A DNA stretch of 64,000 bases from an uncultured Lachnospiraceae bacterium. GTDB taxonomy: Bacteria > Bacillota > Clostridia > Lachnospirales > Lachnospiraceae. Positions 18,775 to 28,488 of the stretch are shown in pieces. Below the pieces are notes generated by a model, which saw nothing but the letters and a program-made list of their open reading frames with translations, was not told the origin of the DNA and made no database searches. Position 1 is the stretch's first letter, and each line of letters starts with the position of its first letter. The stretch lies in NCBI GenBank assembly GCA_900319245.1, contig ONNQ01000008.1:13844-77843 (forward strand), read 5' to 3'. Made by a program: the position numbers and the translations under genes.

Positions 18775-20178
18775 TCAGTTCTGTATCCTGGCCAAAATAC
18801 CGTCGGCCACGCACAATCCGTTGGCTGAAGCCTGCTGCAGTCCGCGTGTGATGCCGGCGCCGTCGCCGATCGCGTACAGGCCGCTCACACTCGTCTCAAA
18901 CTGCTTGGAAACCACCACGCGGTTGGAGTAGAACTTGACCTCCACGCCGTAGAGCAGCGTCTCATCAGAGGCGATGCCGGGCGTCACCTTGTCAAGCGCG
19001 AAGATCATCTCCTCCAGGTCCACCATGATCCTGTGCGGCAGTACCAGAGAGAGGTCTCCGGGCACCGCGTCCTTGAGCGTGGGGATCAGGTTGTTGCGGC
19101 ACATGCGCTCTTCCGTCGTCCTTCTGCCTCTTCTGAAGTCGCCGAAGGTCTGGACCATGATGCGGTTTCCGCAGAGCATGTTGGAGAGCTGGGCGATCTT
19201 CTTTCCATACTCGATGGGGGTTCTGAAAGGCTTTGTGAAGTTCTTGGATACAAGCAGGGCAAAGTTGGTGTTGTTTGTCTTGTACTCTTTGCTCTTGTAG
19301 GCGTGGCCGTTGACAACCGCCAAATTGTCATCATAGTATTCGGTCGCCACTTCTCCCGAAGGGTTGGTGCAGAAGGTGCGGACCTTGTCATCGAACGTGG
19401 GCGTGTAGTAGATCAGCTTGGCCTCGTAAAGATTCTCATTGAGGAACTTCATGATCTCATCTCTGACTTCCACACGGACGCCGATATCCACGGTGCCTGC
19501 CTGGGACTCGATGCCGAGCTTCTCGCACTGGCTGTTCAGCCAGTCCGCGCCGTCGCGGCCGACTGCCACAACGACCTTGGGCGCATAGAACTTCTCGTCC
19601 TTTTCCGTCTCCACGCCAACTGCGCTTCCATCCTTGATCAGAATCGTTCTGACGGGGTCGTCGAAGCGCATGTCAACGCCTTGATCCCGCAGGTGCTGCT
19701 GCAGTTTTTGGTAGATCTCATACCCCTTCTCCGTGCCGAGATGGCGGATGGGACATTCCACAAGCTTAAGGTTTGCGCCGATCGCTTTGGCGCGAATCTC
19801 CTGGATCTCTCTCTCCTTGCCGACGCCGTACACGTTGGTGTCCGCGCCGAACCTGAGGTAGATCTGGTCCGACCGCTCTATCAGTTCTTTGGCCTTGGCA
19901 TATCCGAGGATGTCCGGAAGCGTTCCGCCGACGTCGGGCGACAGTGACAGCTTGCCGTCCGAGAAGGCGCCGGCGCCGGCAAATCCGGTCGTGATCGCGC
20001 AGGGATGGCAGCCGTTGCAGTGCTTGGTCTTTCTCTTGGGGCAATATCTTTTCTCAATGGAGTGTCCCTTCTCCAAGAGAAGGACGCGCAGATCCGGTCT
20101 CTTCTCCTTGAGCTCATAGGCGCAGAAAATGCCGCCGGGGCCTGCGCCGACAATAATTACATCATACTGATCTGACAT
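18775..20178 (-). CDS. NAD(P)/FAD-dependent oxidoreductase
   Basis: VIIVGAGPGG, Cys cluster C-x6-CxxCxxC, GAGAFSDGKL, AIGDGAG.TRG. Confidence 0.9.
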   Translation of the reverse strand: MSDQYDVIIVGAGPGGIFCAYELKEKRPDLRVLLLEKGHSIEKRYCPKRKTKHCNGCHPCAITTGFAGAGAFSDGKLSLSPDVGGTLPDILGYAKAKELIERSDQIYLRFGADTNVYGVGKEREIQEIRAKAIGANLKLVECPIRHLGTEKGYEIYQKLQQHLRDQGVDMRFDDPVRTILIKDGSAVGVETEKDEKFYAPKVVVAVGRDGADWLNSQCEKLGIESQAGTVDIGVRVEVRDEIMKFLNENLYEAKLIYYTPTFDDKVRTFCTNPSGEVATEYYDDNLAVVNGHAYKSKEYKTNNTNFALLVSKNFTKPFRTPIEYGKKIAQLSNMLCGNRIMVQTFGDFRRGRRTTEERMCRNNLIPTLKDAVPGDLSLVLPHRIMVDLEEMIFALDKVTPGIASDETLLYGVEVKFYSNRVVVSKQFETSVSGLYAIGDGAGITRGLQQASANGLCVADGILARIQN

Positions 20179-20185
20179 TACATTC

Positions 20186-20674
20186 TCACTTTCTCTCATA
20201 TTTTACAAATGTATAAGCGAGGTCAAAATACGTCTGCTCATCGCTGTCAGCCGTGATCTCCCATTCAGGATCCTCATCCAGATTGGGGAACCAGGCGTCG
20301 GCTGCGTACGCGTAATCCACCTTGGTGATGTGCGCCGTATCGCAGTAAGGAAGCATCTGTCTGTAAATGCTCTCCCCTCCGATGATATAGACGTCCTCGG
20401 ACGGGTAGGCTTTGAGTTCCGACAGCAGCTCCTCGATGCTGTGTACAACTGTCGCATTCTTCACTTTATAGTCAGGATTCGTTGATAGGACGATATTGAC
20501 ACGGCGGTCCAAAGGCTGCGCCATGGGAAATGTCTCCAGCGTCTTTCTTCCGTATACGACAACCTTGTCCAGCGTTTCCTGCCTGAACATTCTGTGGTCG
20601 GCCGGAATGCGCACAAGGAGCTGCCCCTTATAGCCGATCGCCCAGTTCTGGTCTACTGCTGCTATCAGATTCAT
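20186..20674 (-). CDS. folA: Dihydrofolate reductase
   Basis: MNLIAAVDQNWAIG, GRKT.E, IIGGESIY, ADAWFP; AGGAG RBS before ATG 20674. Confidence 0.95.
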   Translation of the reverse strand: MNLIAAVDQNWAIGYKGQLLVRIPADHRMFRQETLDKVVVYGRKTLETFPMAQPLDRRVNIVLSTNPDYKVKNATVVHSIEELLSELKAYPSEDVYIIGGESIYRQMLPYCDTAHITKVDYAYAADAWFPNLDEDPEWEITADSDEQTYFDLAYTFVKYERK

Positions 20675-20693
20675 AGATCTCTCCTCTTGATCA

Positions 20694-22298
20694 TTATCTC
20701 TTATATTTCTCACAAAGCGCTTCCAGGTCGCGGGAGAAGCGCTCCAGGTCCTTATTGGGAAGTCCCTGGCACTTGTTGACAAAATCCAATACCATTCGCG
20801 CGGTAAGCTTGAGCTTGGTAAAGGAGTTGGATACGGTTCTTCCGGCCGTCGCCTTACTGATCGGAATGCCCTCTGTGACTTTTATGAACTTACCCGCCGC
20901 AAGGTCATAGCGCGTGCCGCTGAAAGGCGCCGCAGCCCGGATCCCGCATTTTTCGCTGAGCGTCTCCGCAAACAGCTCTGCCACCTTGTCTTCTCCGTGT
21001 ACGACAAAGACCTGTCTCGGTTTGTACTTGAATCCCTCGATCCACTCCAGAAGGCCCAGCCTGTCCGCATGGCCTGAAAGTCCGGGCAGTGTGTAGATCC
21101 GCGCGCGGACGGCCACGTCTTCTCCGAAGAGCTTGATCTCCTTGGCGCCGTCCTGGAGGCGCCTTCCGGGCGATCCCAGGGACTGATAGCCCACCATCAG
21201 GATGGTGGAATCTTCTCTCCACAGATTATACTTGAGGTGATGCTTGATGCGGCCGGCGTCGCACATACCGGATGCGCTGATGATGACCTTGGGTACCGTA
21301 TCTTCGTTAATGGCTTTGGATTCCTCTGTCGTGATCGTCAGCTGCAAATTGGGAAAGGCGATCGGGTTGATGCCCTGTGCCAGAAGCGCCTGCGCTTCCT
21401 CATCATAGCACTCGCTCCCGCACTCGTAAAAGATCTCCGTGGCGTCCACCGCAAGAGGGCTGTCCACATAGACCGGAAATCCCGGGTAATCCGGCACCAG
21501 ATTTCTCTCCTTGATCTGCCGGATATAATACAGGATGACCTGGGTTCTGCCCACTGCAAACGCGGGGATGACAACGTTGCCGCCTCTATGGAAGGTCTCT
21601 GAAATCACGCCCGCGAGGTCCTCCACCACATCGATCGCGTCCTTTTCATGGATCCGGTCGCCGTATGTGGACTCCATGACCACATAGTCCGCCTCGGCTG
21701 TCAACTCAGGATCTTTTAAGAGGGGCTGGTTCTTGTTGCCAAGGTCGCCGGAGAATACGATCTTCTTCTGTGTATTTCCTTCCTCCAGCCACAGTTCGAT
21801 ACTGGCGGATCCAAGGAGATGTCCCACATCGGTAAAGCGAAAGCGAACGCCCTCGCAGGCATTGAAAATCCGGTCATAGGGGTAACTGACGAAGAGCTTG
21901 ATCGTCTCCATGGCGTCTTCCATGGTATAAATAGGTTCGTAGCCTTCGCCGTCCACTTTTCGCTTGGCTTTTTTATTTCTCCACTGCGCCTCCATTGCCT
22001 GGATGTGCGCCGAATCACGGAGCATGATGTCGCACAGGCTGGCCGTCGCTTTCGTGGAAAGAATCTGTCCCCGGAAGCCATCATGATAGAGCTTGGGAAG
22101 CATGCCCGAGTGATCGATGTGCGCATGGGTCAAAAACACGAAATCAATCTCCGAAGCAGGAACCGGAAGCTCGACATTTTCGAAGCGATCGACGCCCTGC
22201 TCCATGCCACAGTCCACTAGAAATTTCTTCTTGCCCACCTGCAGAAAATGGCAGCTGCCTGTCACTTCGTGGTCCGCGCCTATAAACATTAATTCCAT
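20694..22298 (-). CDS. MBL-fold beta-CASP metallo-hydrolase (RNA-processing family)
   Basis: EVTGSCH, THAHIDHSG, GHLLGS, MESTYG, PAFAVGRTQ, SASGMC, SGHAD. Confidence 0.92.
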   Translation of the reverse strand: MELMFIGADHEVTGSCHFLQVGKKKFLVDCGMEQGVDRFENVELPVPASEIDFVFLTHAHIDHSGMLPKLYHDGFRGQILSTKATASLCDIMLRDSAHIQAMEAQWRNKKAKRKVDGEGYEPIYTMEDAMETIKLFVSYPYDRIFNACEGVRFRFTDVGHLLGSASIELWLEEGNTQKKIVFSGDLGNKNQPLLKDPELTAEADYVVMESTYGDRIHEKDAIDVVEDLAGVISETFHRGGNVVIPAFAVGRTQVILYYIRQIKERNLVPDYPGFPVYVDSPLAVDATEIFYECGSECYDEEAQALLAQGINPIAFPNLQLTITTEESKAINEDTVPKVIISASGMCDAGRIKHHLKYNLWREDSTILMVGYQSLGSPGRRLQDGAKEIKLFGEDVAVRARIYTLPGLSGHADRLGLLEWIEGFKYKPRQVFVVHGEDKVAELFAETLSEKCGIRAAAPFSGTRYDLAAGKFIKVTEGIPISKATAGRTVSNSFTKLKLTARMVLDFVNKCQGLPNKDLERFSRDLEALCEKYKR

Positions 22299-22361
22299 AC
22301 GTGCCTCCCTTACACAAATCAAATGGTCTTTGGCCCTCTTATATAAGAACCCCCGGGGCTT

Positions 22362-23201
22362 TTATATTCCCCATATTACTTTTCGTATTATATATAGGAT
22401 GAGAAGGTGTCCCGGATAGAACAGGTAAAAGAAGTACTTGTTCTGCTTTCCTCTCTTTCCATTATAACACCAGATCAGCATAAATCCTGTGATCGCGAGC
22501 AGCTCATTGTGGTTATAATACGTGAGCCAGGCCCATGCAGCCAGGATTGACAGACTTCTCACCCTGTACATAAGATACAGGATCAAAATACAGAGTACGC
22601 CGCCGTAGGAGTAGTCAAATCCACCCCACCTGGCGAGTCGGCAGGCCGCGTAAGCCGCCGCCGCGCTCCCCGAAAGAAACAGTATCACGCGGACAGCGAT
22701 GAAGTCTGCCCACCCGGGCAGGCGCAGCATCGGACTGTCACCGCTCGGGCAGAGCCCCTCATAGCATACAGGTCTCCACTTGGTCGGCAATAGCCTTGAA
22801 AGTACATCCACGCACCAGATCAGCGCAAATCCGGTCGCCAGCGTAAACAGTGTGTCACCATGCCTTTTCTGGGACTCCGGAAAGACCAGCATATAAAAGG
22901 GAACGGCCGAAACCAGCGCAAAGCCGAGCAGCCGGCCCAGGTATTTCCATCTGCTTCGCGTATGAATGAATCCCTCCACCAAAAGAAAGCAGAATACAGG
23001 AAAGGCCAGCCTTCCGATTCCTCTCCCGATCTCATCCAGGAGTTCTCCATGAGGGATCACATACATCAGTCTCTGGCCACTCGCATCTCTGGCCACTTCC
23101 AGAAAGCTCAAAGTCGCGTGGTCGATCAACATCGTGATGATCGCGATTTTTTTGATCAAGGCAGCGTCCATTGTGCCTTGCATTTCATCCCACAGGTCCA
23201 T
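22362..23201 (-). CDS. TraX family membrane protein
   Basis: MLIDH, GRLAFPVFCFLLVEGF.HTRS, YNGKRG, KYFFYLFYPGHL; start overlaps the end of the ABC exporter gene. Confidence 0.85.
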   Translation of the reverse strand: MDLWDEMQGTMDAALIKKIAIITMLIDHATLSFLEVARDASGQRLMYVIPHGELLDEIGRGIGRLAFPVFCFLLVEGFIHTRSRWKYLGRLLGFALVSAVPFYMLVFPESQKRHGDTLFTLATGFALIWCVDVLSRLLPTKWRPVCYEGLCPSGDSPMLRLPGWADFIAVRVILFLSGSAAAAYAACRLARWGGFDYSYGGVLCILILYLMYRVRSLSILAAWAWLTYYNHNELLAITGFMLIWCYNGKRGKQNKYFFYLFYPGHLLILYIIRKVIWGI

Positions 23202-25446
23202 TCTCTTCCTCGCTATTTAGCGCCGCCGCGTCTGCGCCCGGCGCGGCCGTTTCCGGCTCGCCGCCCAGGTCAAGGCGCTGCCTCTCTACCAGTTCTGCAA
23301 AGAATCCCTGATTGGCGATCAGTTCGTCGTAGGTACCGTCCTCCGTGATCTTGCCGCCCCGGAGCACCAGGATTCTGTCGCAGGCCTGGATCGTGGACAG
23401 TCTGTGCGCGATCACGAGTCTCGTGCACTTGTAGGAATCCAGCGCCTGAGTCACCTTCTTCTGGGTGAGATTGTCCAGCGCCGACGTGGCTTCGTCAAAA
23501 ATCAGAATCTTGGGCTTAGGCGCGATGGCCCTTGCGATCAGCATTCTTTGCTTCTGTCCGCCGGAAATACCGCCTTGTCCTTCGGATATGATCGTCTGCA
23601 TGCCCATGGGCATTTCGCGGATATCCTGCGCGAGGCCGGCGGCCTCGGCCGCTTCCCACGCCTCGTCCAGCGTCAGCCAGGGCGCGGAAATGGTAATATT
23701 TTCGAAGATGCTGCCCATCATGAGCTTTCCGTTCTGCATGACCACGCCGATGTGTCTTCGTAAGGACCGCAGGTCCAGTCCGCTCATATCCTTGCCGTCG
23801 TAGTACACGGCTCCTTTTCTGGGCTTCTCGAATCCCAGAAGGATTCTCACCAGCGTGGACTTGCCGCAGCCGGTCTCGCCTACGACCGCAATATACTCAC
23901 CGGCCTTGATCTTGATGCTCAGATCATCCAGGATGTCCGGCATGTTGTCCGCATACCGAAAGCTCACATGGTTTAATTCAATGCTTCCACTGAGCCTTGT
24001 GACCGTCTGCTTGCCGCTGGCTGTCTCCGGCTCCTGATCCAGGATCGGCTTTACCATCTCAAAGGTGGGCCGGATGCCCGCGACCATCAGCGCAATACTG
24101 GAAATCTGCATAAAAGCGCCGGTGACATATCCGTACGCCGCCGTGAATGCGACATAGTTTTCGAAGGTCACGCCGCTGCTGATCGCTGCGCCGTACATGA
24201 TCATCACGCCGATCAGGTTGATGGCTGTGGAAATCACGCTGTTCATCTTAATGATCATCGGCGGATTGTAAAGGAACTGCGCTTCTTTGGCATAGAGCCT
24301 TCCCCAGCGGGCGAACGCGCGCTTCTCGGCGCCTGCCAGCTTGATCTTCTGTATGCCGGTAATCATGGCGTAATTCATACCATTTTCCTGCGCGGCCAGC
24401 TGCATGGAGGACCTTGCGGCCTCTGTATTGAGAAGCGTCGAAAGGATCGAGAATGCAACCGTCGCCAGGGTAATCACCAAGGCCGGTACGACCAGGGCAG
24501 GCGTGTAGTGGAAAATCTGCGCGATATAAACGATCGAAAAGGCCGACGTCAGTCCCGTTGAGAACACGGTGGAAGCCAGCTGCTTGCAAAGGTCTGTCAC
24601 AGACTGCGTCCTGGAGTACAGCTCACCGGAACTGAACTTTCTGAAGAACGATGCGGGCATGGATAGAATCCGCATCATGACGGCCGCTTCGATCGCCACC
24701 GTCTGCTTGGTCTGCGCTGCCTGGCCGATCAGGTTGCTGACGGAAGAAAACAGGATATCTCCCACTGCCACGCAGACCATAAAGAAGGCCAGCGCGTAAA
24801 GCATTGGCATCTGTCCGCTGCGCATGACTTTGCCATAAGCGAGCTTGGTCAGCATAGGCGTCAGGGCGCCGACCGCCGTGACCGCCGCTGTGCTGAGCGC
24901 CATCAGCGCGTGGTCCGAAACTGATCTGGACAAGGCCATGTAGAGAAGCAGGTCCTTGATCCCCAGCTTTCTCTGCGGGAGCGGCTTATAGAAGCACAGT
25001 CCGTCCTCTTCGAACAGTTTCTGGGTTTGATCATTGACTCGGCACTTCTTGAGTGTATGGGGATCCGTAAACGTATAGCCGCCCAGCTTTCCGGGCAAAA
25101 CAGCGACCGGGATCCCGTCTCCCTTCGTGATCAGAAGCATCGGCCCCGCTGCGTCCTTGTACCATCCCGCGGGGAGCTTGACCGCCCTTCGCATGATCCC
25201 GTTGGGATCGAGCAGATAGTCCAGCTGATCGTTGAGATCCTGGACGTCGTCCGGGATCTCTCTCGTGCGAACGAGCAAGTACCCAAGGATCGCGTCGATC
25301 GCGTTCTTGGTCTTCGTGCGGTCGCTCTCCAGCGTTGCCTGTAAATTCCCGCCCATGACGGCGCCCGCCATATCCAAAAAGGAGTCCTCAAACAGCTCCT
25401 CGTCATTTAGTTTTCTAAGACGGATTTGTTCGTCAAACCAACCCAT
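23185..25446 (-). CDS. NHLP/NHLM-type export ABC transporter permease/ATPase
   Basis: MGWFDEQI N-terminus, TM domain, GETGCGKST, ISGGQKQR, DEATSALD; no catalytic C39 Cys seen. Confidence 0.88.
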   Translation of the reverse strand: MGWFDEQIRLRKLNDEELFEDSFLDMAGAVMGGNLQATLESDRTKTKNAIDAILGYLLVRTREIPDDVQDLNDQLDYLLDPNGIMRRAVKLPAGWYKDAAGPMLLITKGDGIPVAVLPGKLGGYTFTDPHTLKKCRVNDQTQKLFEEDGLCFYKPLPQRKLGIKDLLLYMALSRSVSDHALMALSTAAVTAVGALTPMLTKLAYGKVMRSGQMPMLYALAFFMVCVAVGDILFSSVSNLIGQAAQTKQTVAIEAAVMMRILSMPASFFRKFSSGELYSRTQSVTDLCKQLASTVFSTGLTSAFSIVYIAQIFHYTPALVVPALVITLATVAFSILSTLLNTEAARSSMQLAAQENGMNYAMITGIQKIKLAGAEKRAFARWGRLYAKEAQFLYNPPMIIKMNSVISTAINLIGVMIMYGAAISSGVTFENYVAFTAAYGYVTGAFMQISSIALMVAGIRPTFEMVKPILDQEPETASGKQTVTRLSGSIELNHVSFRYADNMPDILDDLSIKIKAGEYIAVVGETGCGKSTLVRILLGFEKPRKGAVYYDGKDMSGLDLRSLRRHIGVVMQNGKLMMGSIFENITISAPWLTLDEAWEAAEAAGLAQDIREMPMGMQTIISEGQGGISGGQKQRMLIARAIAPKPKILIFDEATSALDNLTQKKVTQALDSYKCTRLVIAHRLSTIQACDRILVLRGGKITEDGTYDELIANQGFFAELVERQRLDLGGEPETAAPGADAAALNSEEENGPVG

Positions 25447-25466
25447 AATCAGTAATCCTTCCTGTC

Positions 25467-27659
25467 TTAGTTGCTGCTCACAAGCTCTGTATACAGGCCG
25501 CCCAGCGCGTAGAGCTCCTCGTGGGTGCCTCTCTCTGCTACGAGACCGTGGTCCATGACGACGATCTCGTCACAGTCGCGGATTGTGGAGAGCCTGTGCG
25601 CGATCACGATCGTGGTGACGCCTCTGTCGCGGATCGAACGGACTACATTGTATTCCGTGCGCGCATCCAGCGCCGACGTCGCCTCGTCCATGATGACGAT
25701 GGTCGGATCCTGCGCCAGGACTCTGGCGATCTCCAGTCTCTGCTTTTCACCGCCGGAGAAATCCGATCCGTTTTCCTTGATCTTGTATTCATAGCCGCCT
25801 TCGCGCTCCATGATCTTGTCGTGGATCTGGGCGTCGCGCGCCGCGAGGATCATCTCGTAGCTCTCGATTGTGGTGTCCCACATTCTGATATTGTTGGCGA
25901 TCGTATCTTCAAACAGGGTGATCTCCTGGTCAACGACTGCCAGAGAGCCCCTGAAAACGCTCTTATCAATCTCGCGGATCGGCTTTCCGTCAAAGAGGAT
26001 CTCTCCGCTCCAAGGCTGATAGAGCCCCGAGAGAAGCTTGGCCAGCGTGGATTTGCCACTGCCGGAGGCGCCGACAAAGGCAATGCTCTTGCCGGGTTCC
26101 AGCGTCATGCTGAAATCCTGGATCAGCGGCTTTCCGAGCGGTGCGTAGCCGAACGTGACATTTTTCATCTCCACCTTACCGGAGAGCTTGGCGTAGGAAA
26201 CGTTCTCCGCTTTGGCGTCCATCTCATTGTCTGCGAGCTCGTCGATGCGGTATTCCATGACGTCCTCGATCCGCTCCATCTCTGTCCTTAGCTGCTGAAC
26301 CGTCTGTCCGGTCGAGATCAGGGTATTGGCCGGCGCCAAAAAGAGCTGCATGTAGACGCCGAACTGCGCGATCATACCGGGCGTGAACTGCCCCCGCATC
26401 GCGAGCCGGATTCCCATGCACAGGACCAGCGTGTCTGTGATCGCCGAGACGATCTGGGGAAGAAGCCCCAGAATTTCATCCATTTTCGCAAAGCGGACGT
26501 CCTGCAGGTTGACGCTGGCCTGATAGCCCGCCCATCTGCCAAAAAATCCATTCTCCGAGCCGCTTGCCTTGATGGACTCGATCATTTCGATGCCCGCCAC
26601 CGTAGTACCTGACAGCTTTCCGCTGTCGCGGACCGCGACTCTTGTGATGTTGATCCGCTTCTCCGCGACATACCGGGAGAACACCGCGTTGATGAGGACC
26701 GAGATCAGGCCGATGATCGTCATTGTGACGCTCATGCGCAGCATCACCGCGAGATAAAAGACCATCATACCAGTGTTGAGCACCAGCGGCGCGAATGTGT
26801 TGACGAGGTTCGACGCGACCTCCGCGTTGGAGTTCTGTCTGGACTGGATGTCTCCGGCCATTCGCTGGGAGAAGAATTCCATGGGCATCCTGAGGATCTT
26901 CCACATAAATTCCGAGTTGCCCACAATCGCCAGCTTGCCGTTGATCCGCATGGAATACACGACGTTGATCCAGGACACGGCCAGCTGCATCGCTGTAAAT
27001 ACGGACAGAAGGATCAGGAAGGGCATCGCCCAGTCAGGATTTCGGCCCGTGAGCAGCCGGTCCATGAAGACCTGGTAGAAGCCGGGCGAGATCACTTCGA
27101 ATAAGGAGGAGATCATGGTCGTCAGAACGACGAAGACAATCGCCGCCTCCGCCCCCTTCAGCCTCTTGAAGGCAAAACCCAGAATGCTCTTGGGCTTTCC
27201 CTCCGGCTGGAAGTTCTCGCCGGGCGAGAACATCAGGCAGATTCCCGTAAAGGACTCGTCGAATTCCTTCATCGTAACTTCGACCTTTCCTCTCGCGGGA
27301 TCATTGAGGACCGCCATTCCCTTTTTAAATCCGTCCAGCACTACAAAGTGGTCAAAATTCCAATGGATGATACACGGAAACGTCGCATTTTCCACCAGTG
27401 TCTGCGGCTCTACCTTGTAGCCGTCCGCATTGAGCCCGTAGTGTCTGGCCGCCTTAAGCACGTTGCCCGCGTTGGACCCGTCTCTGGAAACGCCGCAGTC
27501 CACGCGCACTTTCTCCAGCGGGATCCATTTTTCATAATAAGAAAGAACCATCGTCAGGCAGGCGGCGCCGCACTCCAGCGCCTCCATCTGCATGATGACC
27601 GGTACCTTGGCCACGCCCTTTTTGACCGGTTCTTTGATCTTTGTATTGTTATTGCTCAT
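25467..27659 (-). CDS. NHLP/NHLM-type export ABC transporter with C39 peptidase domain
   Basis: QMEALECGAACL, HWNFDHFVV, NDPARG; GASGSGKST, FSGGEKQR. Confidence 0.92.
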   Translation of the reverse strand: MSNNNTKIKEPVKKGVAKVPVIMQMEALECGAACLTMVLSYYEKWIPLEKVRVDCGVSRDGSNAGNVLKAARHYGLNADGYKVEPQTLVENATFPCIIHWNFDHFVVLDGFKKGMAVLNDPARGKVEVTMKEFDESFTGICLMFSPGENFQPEGKPKSILGFAFKRLKGAEAAIVFVVLTTMISSLFEVISPGFYQVFMDRLLTGRNPDWAMPFLILLSVFTAMQLAVSWINVVYSMRINGKLAIVGNSEFMWKILRMPMEFFSQRMAGDIQSRQNSNAEVASNLVNTFAPLVLNTGMMVFYLAVMLRMSVTMTIIGLISVLINAVFSRYVAEKRINITRVAVRDSGKLSGTTVAGIEMIESIKASGSENGFFGRWAGYQASVNLQDVRFAKMDEILGLLPQIVSAITDTLVLCMGIRLAMRGQFTPGMIAQFGVYMQLFLAPANTLISTGQTVQQLRTEMERIEDVMEYRIDELADNEMDAKAENVSYAKLSGKVEMKNVTFGYAPLGKPLIQDFSMTLEPGKSIAFVGASGSGKSTLAKLLSGLYQPWSGEILFDGKPIREIDKSVFRGSLAVVDQEITLFEDTIANNIRMWDTTIESYEMILAARDAQIHDKIMEREGGYEYKIKENGSDFSGGEKQRLEIARVLAQDPTIVIMDEATSALDARTEYNVVRSIRDRGVTTIVIAHRLSTIRDCDEIVVMDHGLVAERGTHEELYALGGLYTELVSSN

Positions 27660-27682
27660 ACTTTACGCCTCTGCTGCCTGCC

Positions 27683-28159
27683 TTAATTGATGACGAATTT
27701 GATCGGATGAATGGATTCCACCGTAATGCTTGCGCTGTATACGCCGTCGCGAAGATCTGTGTCAGCTTCCACAACATACGCCCAGTCCCCCGTCTTGAGG
27801 CCGGTGGTGTTGAGTATATAATCACTGATTCCGTCCGTGATCTGCACAGGCTCGGCAGAAATGCTACGCACCGCAGTCTTTTGCCCGCCCACAGTGATCG
27901 TCATGCCTTCTTCGACCTCGGCCTGGTCCGCCACTTTGATATAGAGCATCAGATTGCCGTCCGATACTGTGCCCGCGCCTTCCACGGTCGTATAAATGCT
28001 GCCATAAGTTGCCCAGACAATGCCGCCTGCCAGAATGAGAATGATGCCGATGAGCGCCATCCAGATTGCAGGGCTTGTGACGTGGATATAATCATTGAGC
28101 TGTTCGGGCGAAGCCACTCTCTCCACCGCTTTTTTTCTGAAGATTTCTTTGTTTTCCAT
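27683..28159 (-). CDS. NHLP system secretion accessory protein (short MFP-like)
   Basis: IFRKKAVERVASPEQLNDYIHV, one TM helix, C-terminal PIKFVIN. Confidence 0.85.
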   Translation of the reverse strand: MENKEIFRKKAVERVASPEQLNDYIHVTSPAIWMALIGIILILAGGIVWATYGSIYTTVEGAGTVSDGNLMLYIKVADQAEVEEGMTITVGGQKTAVRSISAEPVQITDGISDYILNTTGLKTGDWAYVVEADTDLRDGVYSASITVESIHPIKFVIN

Positions 28160-28488
28160 AGCTGCTCCTCGTTTCTAGCGAATTTATGCGATTCCTGTGC
28201 GGTTCCTATGGGATTCCTATGGGATTCCTGTACACATTCTTATACGCATTCTTGATCTATGCATATCTATGCAGCGGCGCCTTCTTATAGGCGTCCGGGG
28301 TAAACCCAATTTATATTATACTGTAGAATCAGTCCCTCGCAAATAAAGTTTCATTTAAGTTCGCAATCCTTAACTACTGATTGTGCTATGATCCTATTGT
28401 TTTGTGGTAGAATAATCAGAAAGGATACAATACTTGGACAACTTTGGATGATACGATTGTCTTGTTTCACGTTTAAAGGGAACACCTC

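Noticed and set aside
22362-23201. TraX as evidence of a conjugative element
   Set aside because: No relaxase, coupling protein, T4SS or integrase in the window; flanks are housekeeping genes.
28160-28488. Hidden bacteriocin precursor upstream of the exporter
   Set aside because: Only very short ORFs such as MHRSRMRIRMCTGIP, lacking a GG leader and convincing RBS.
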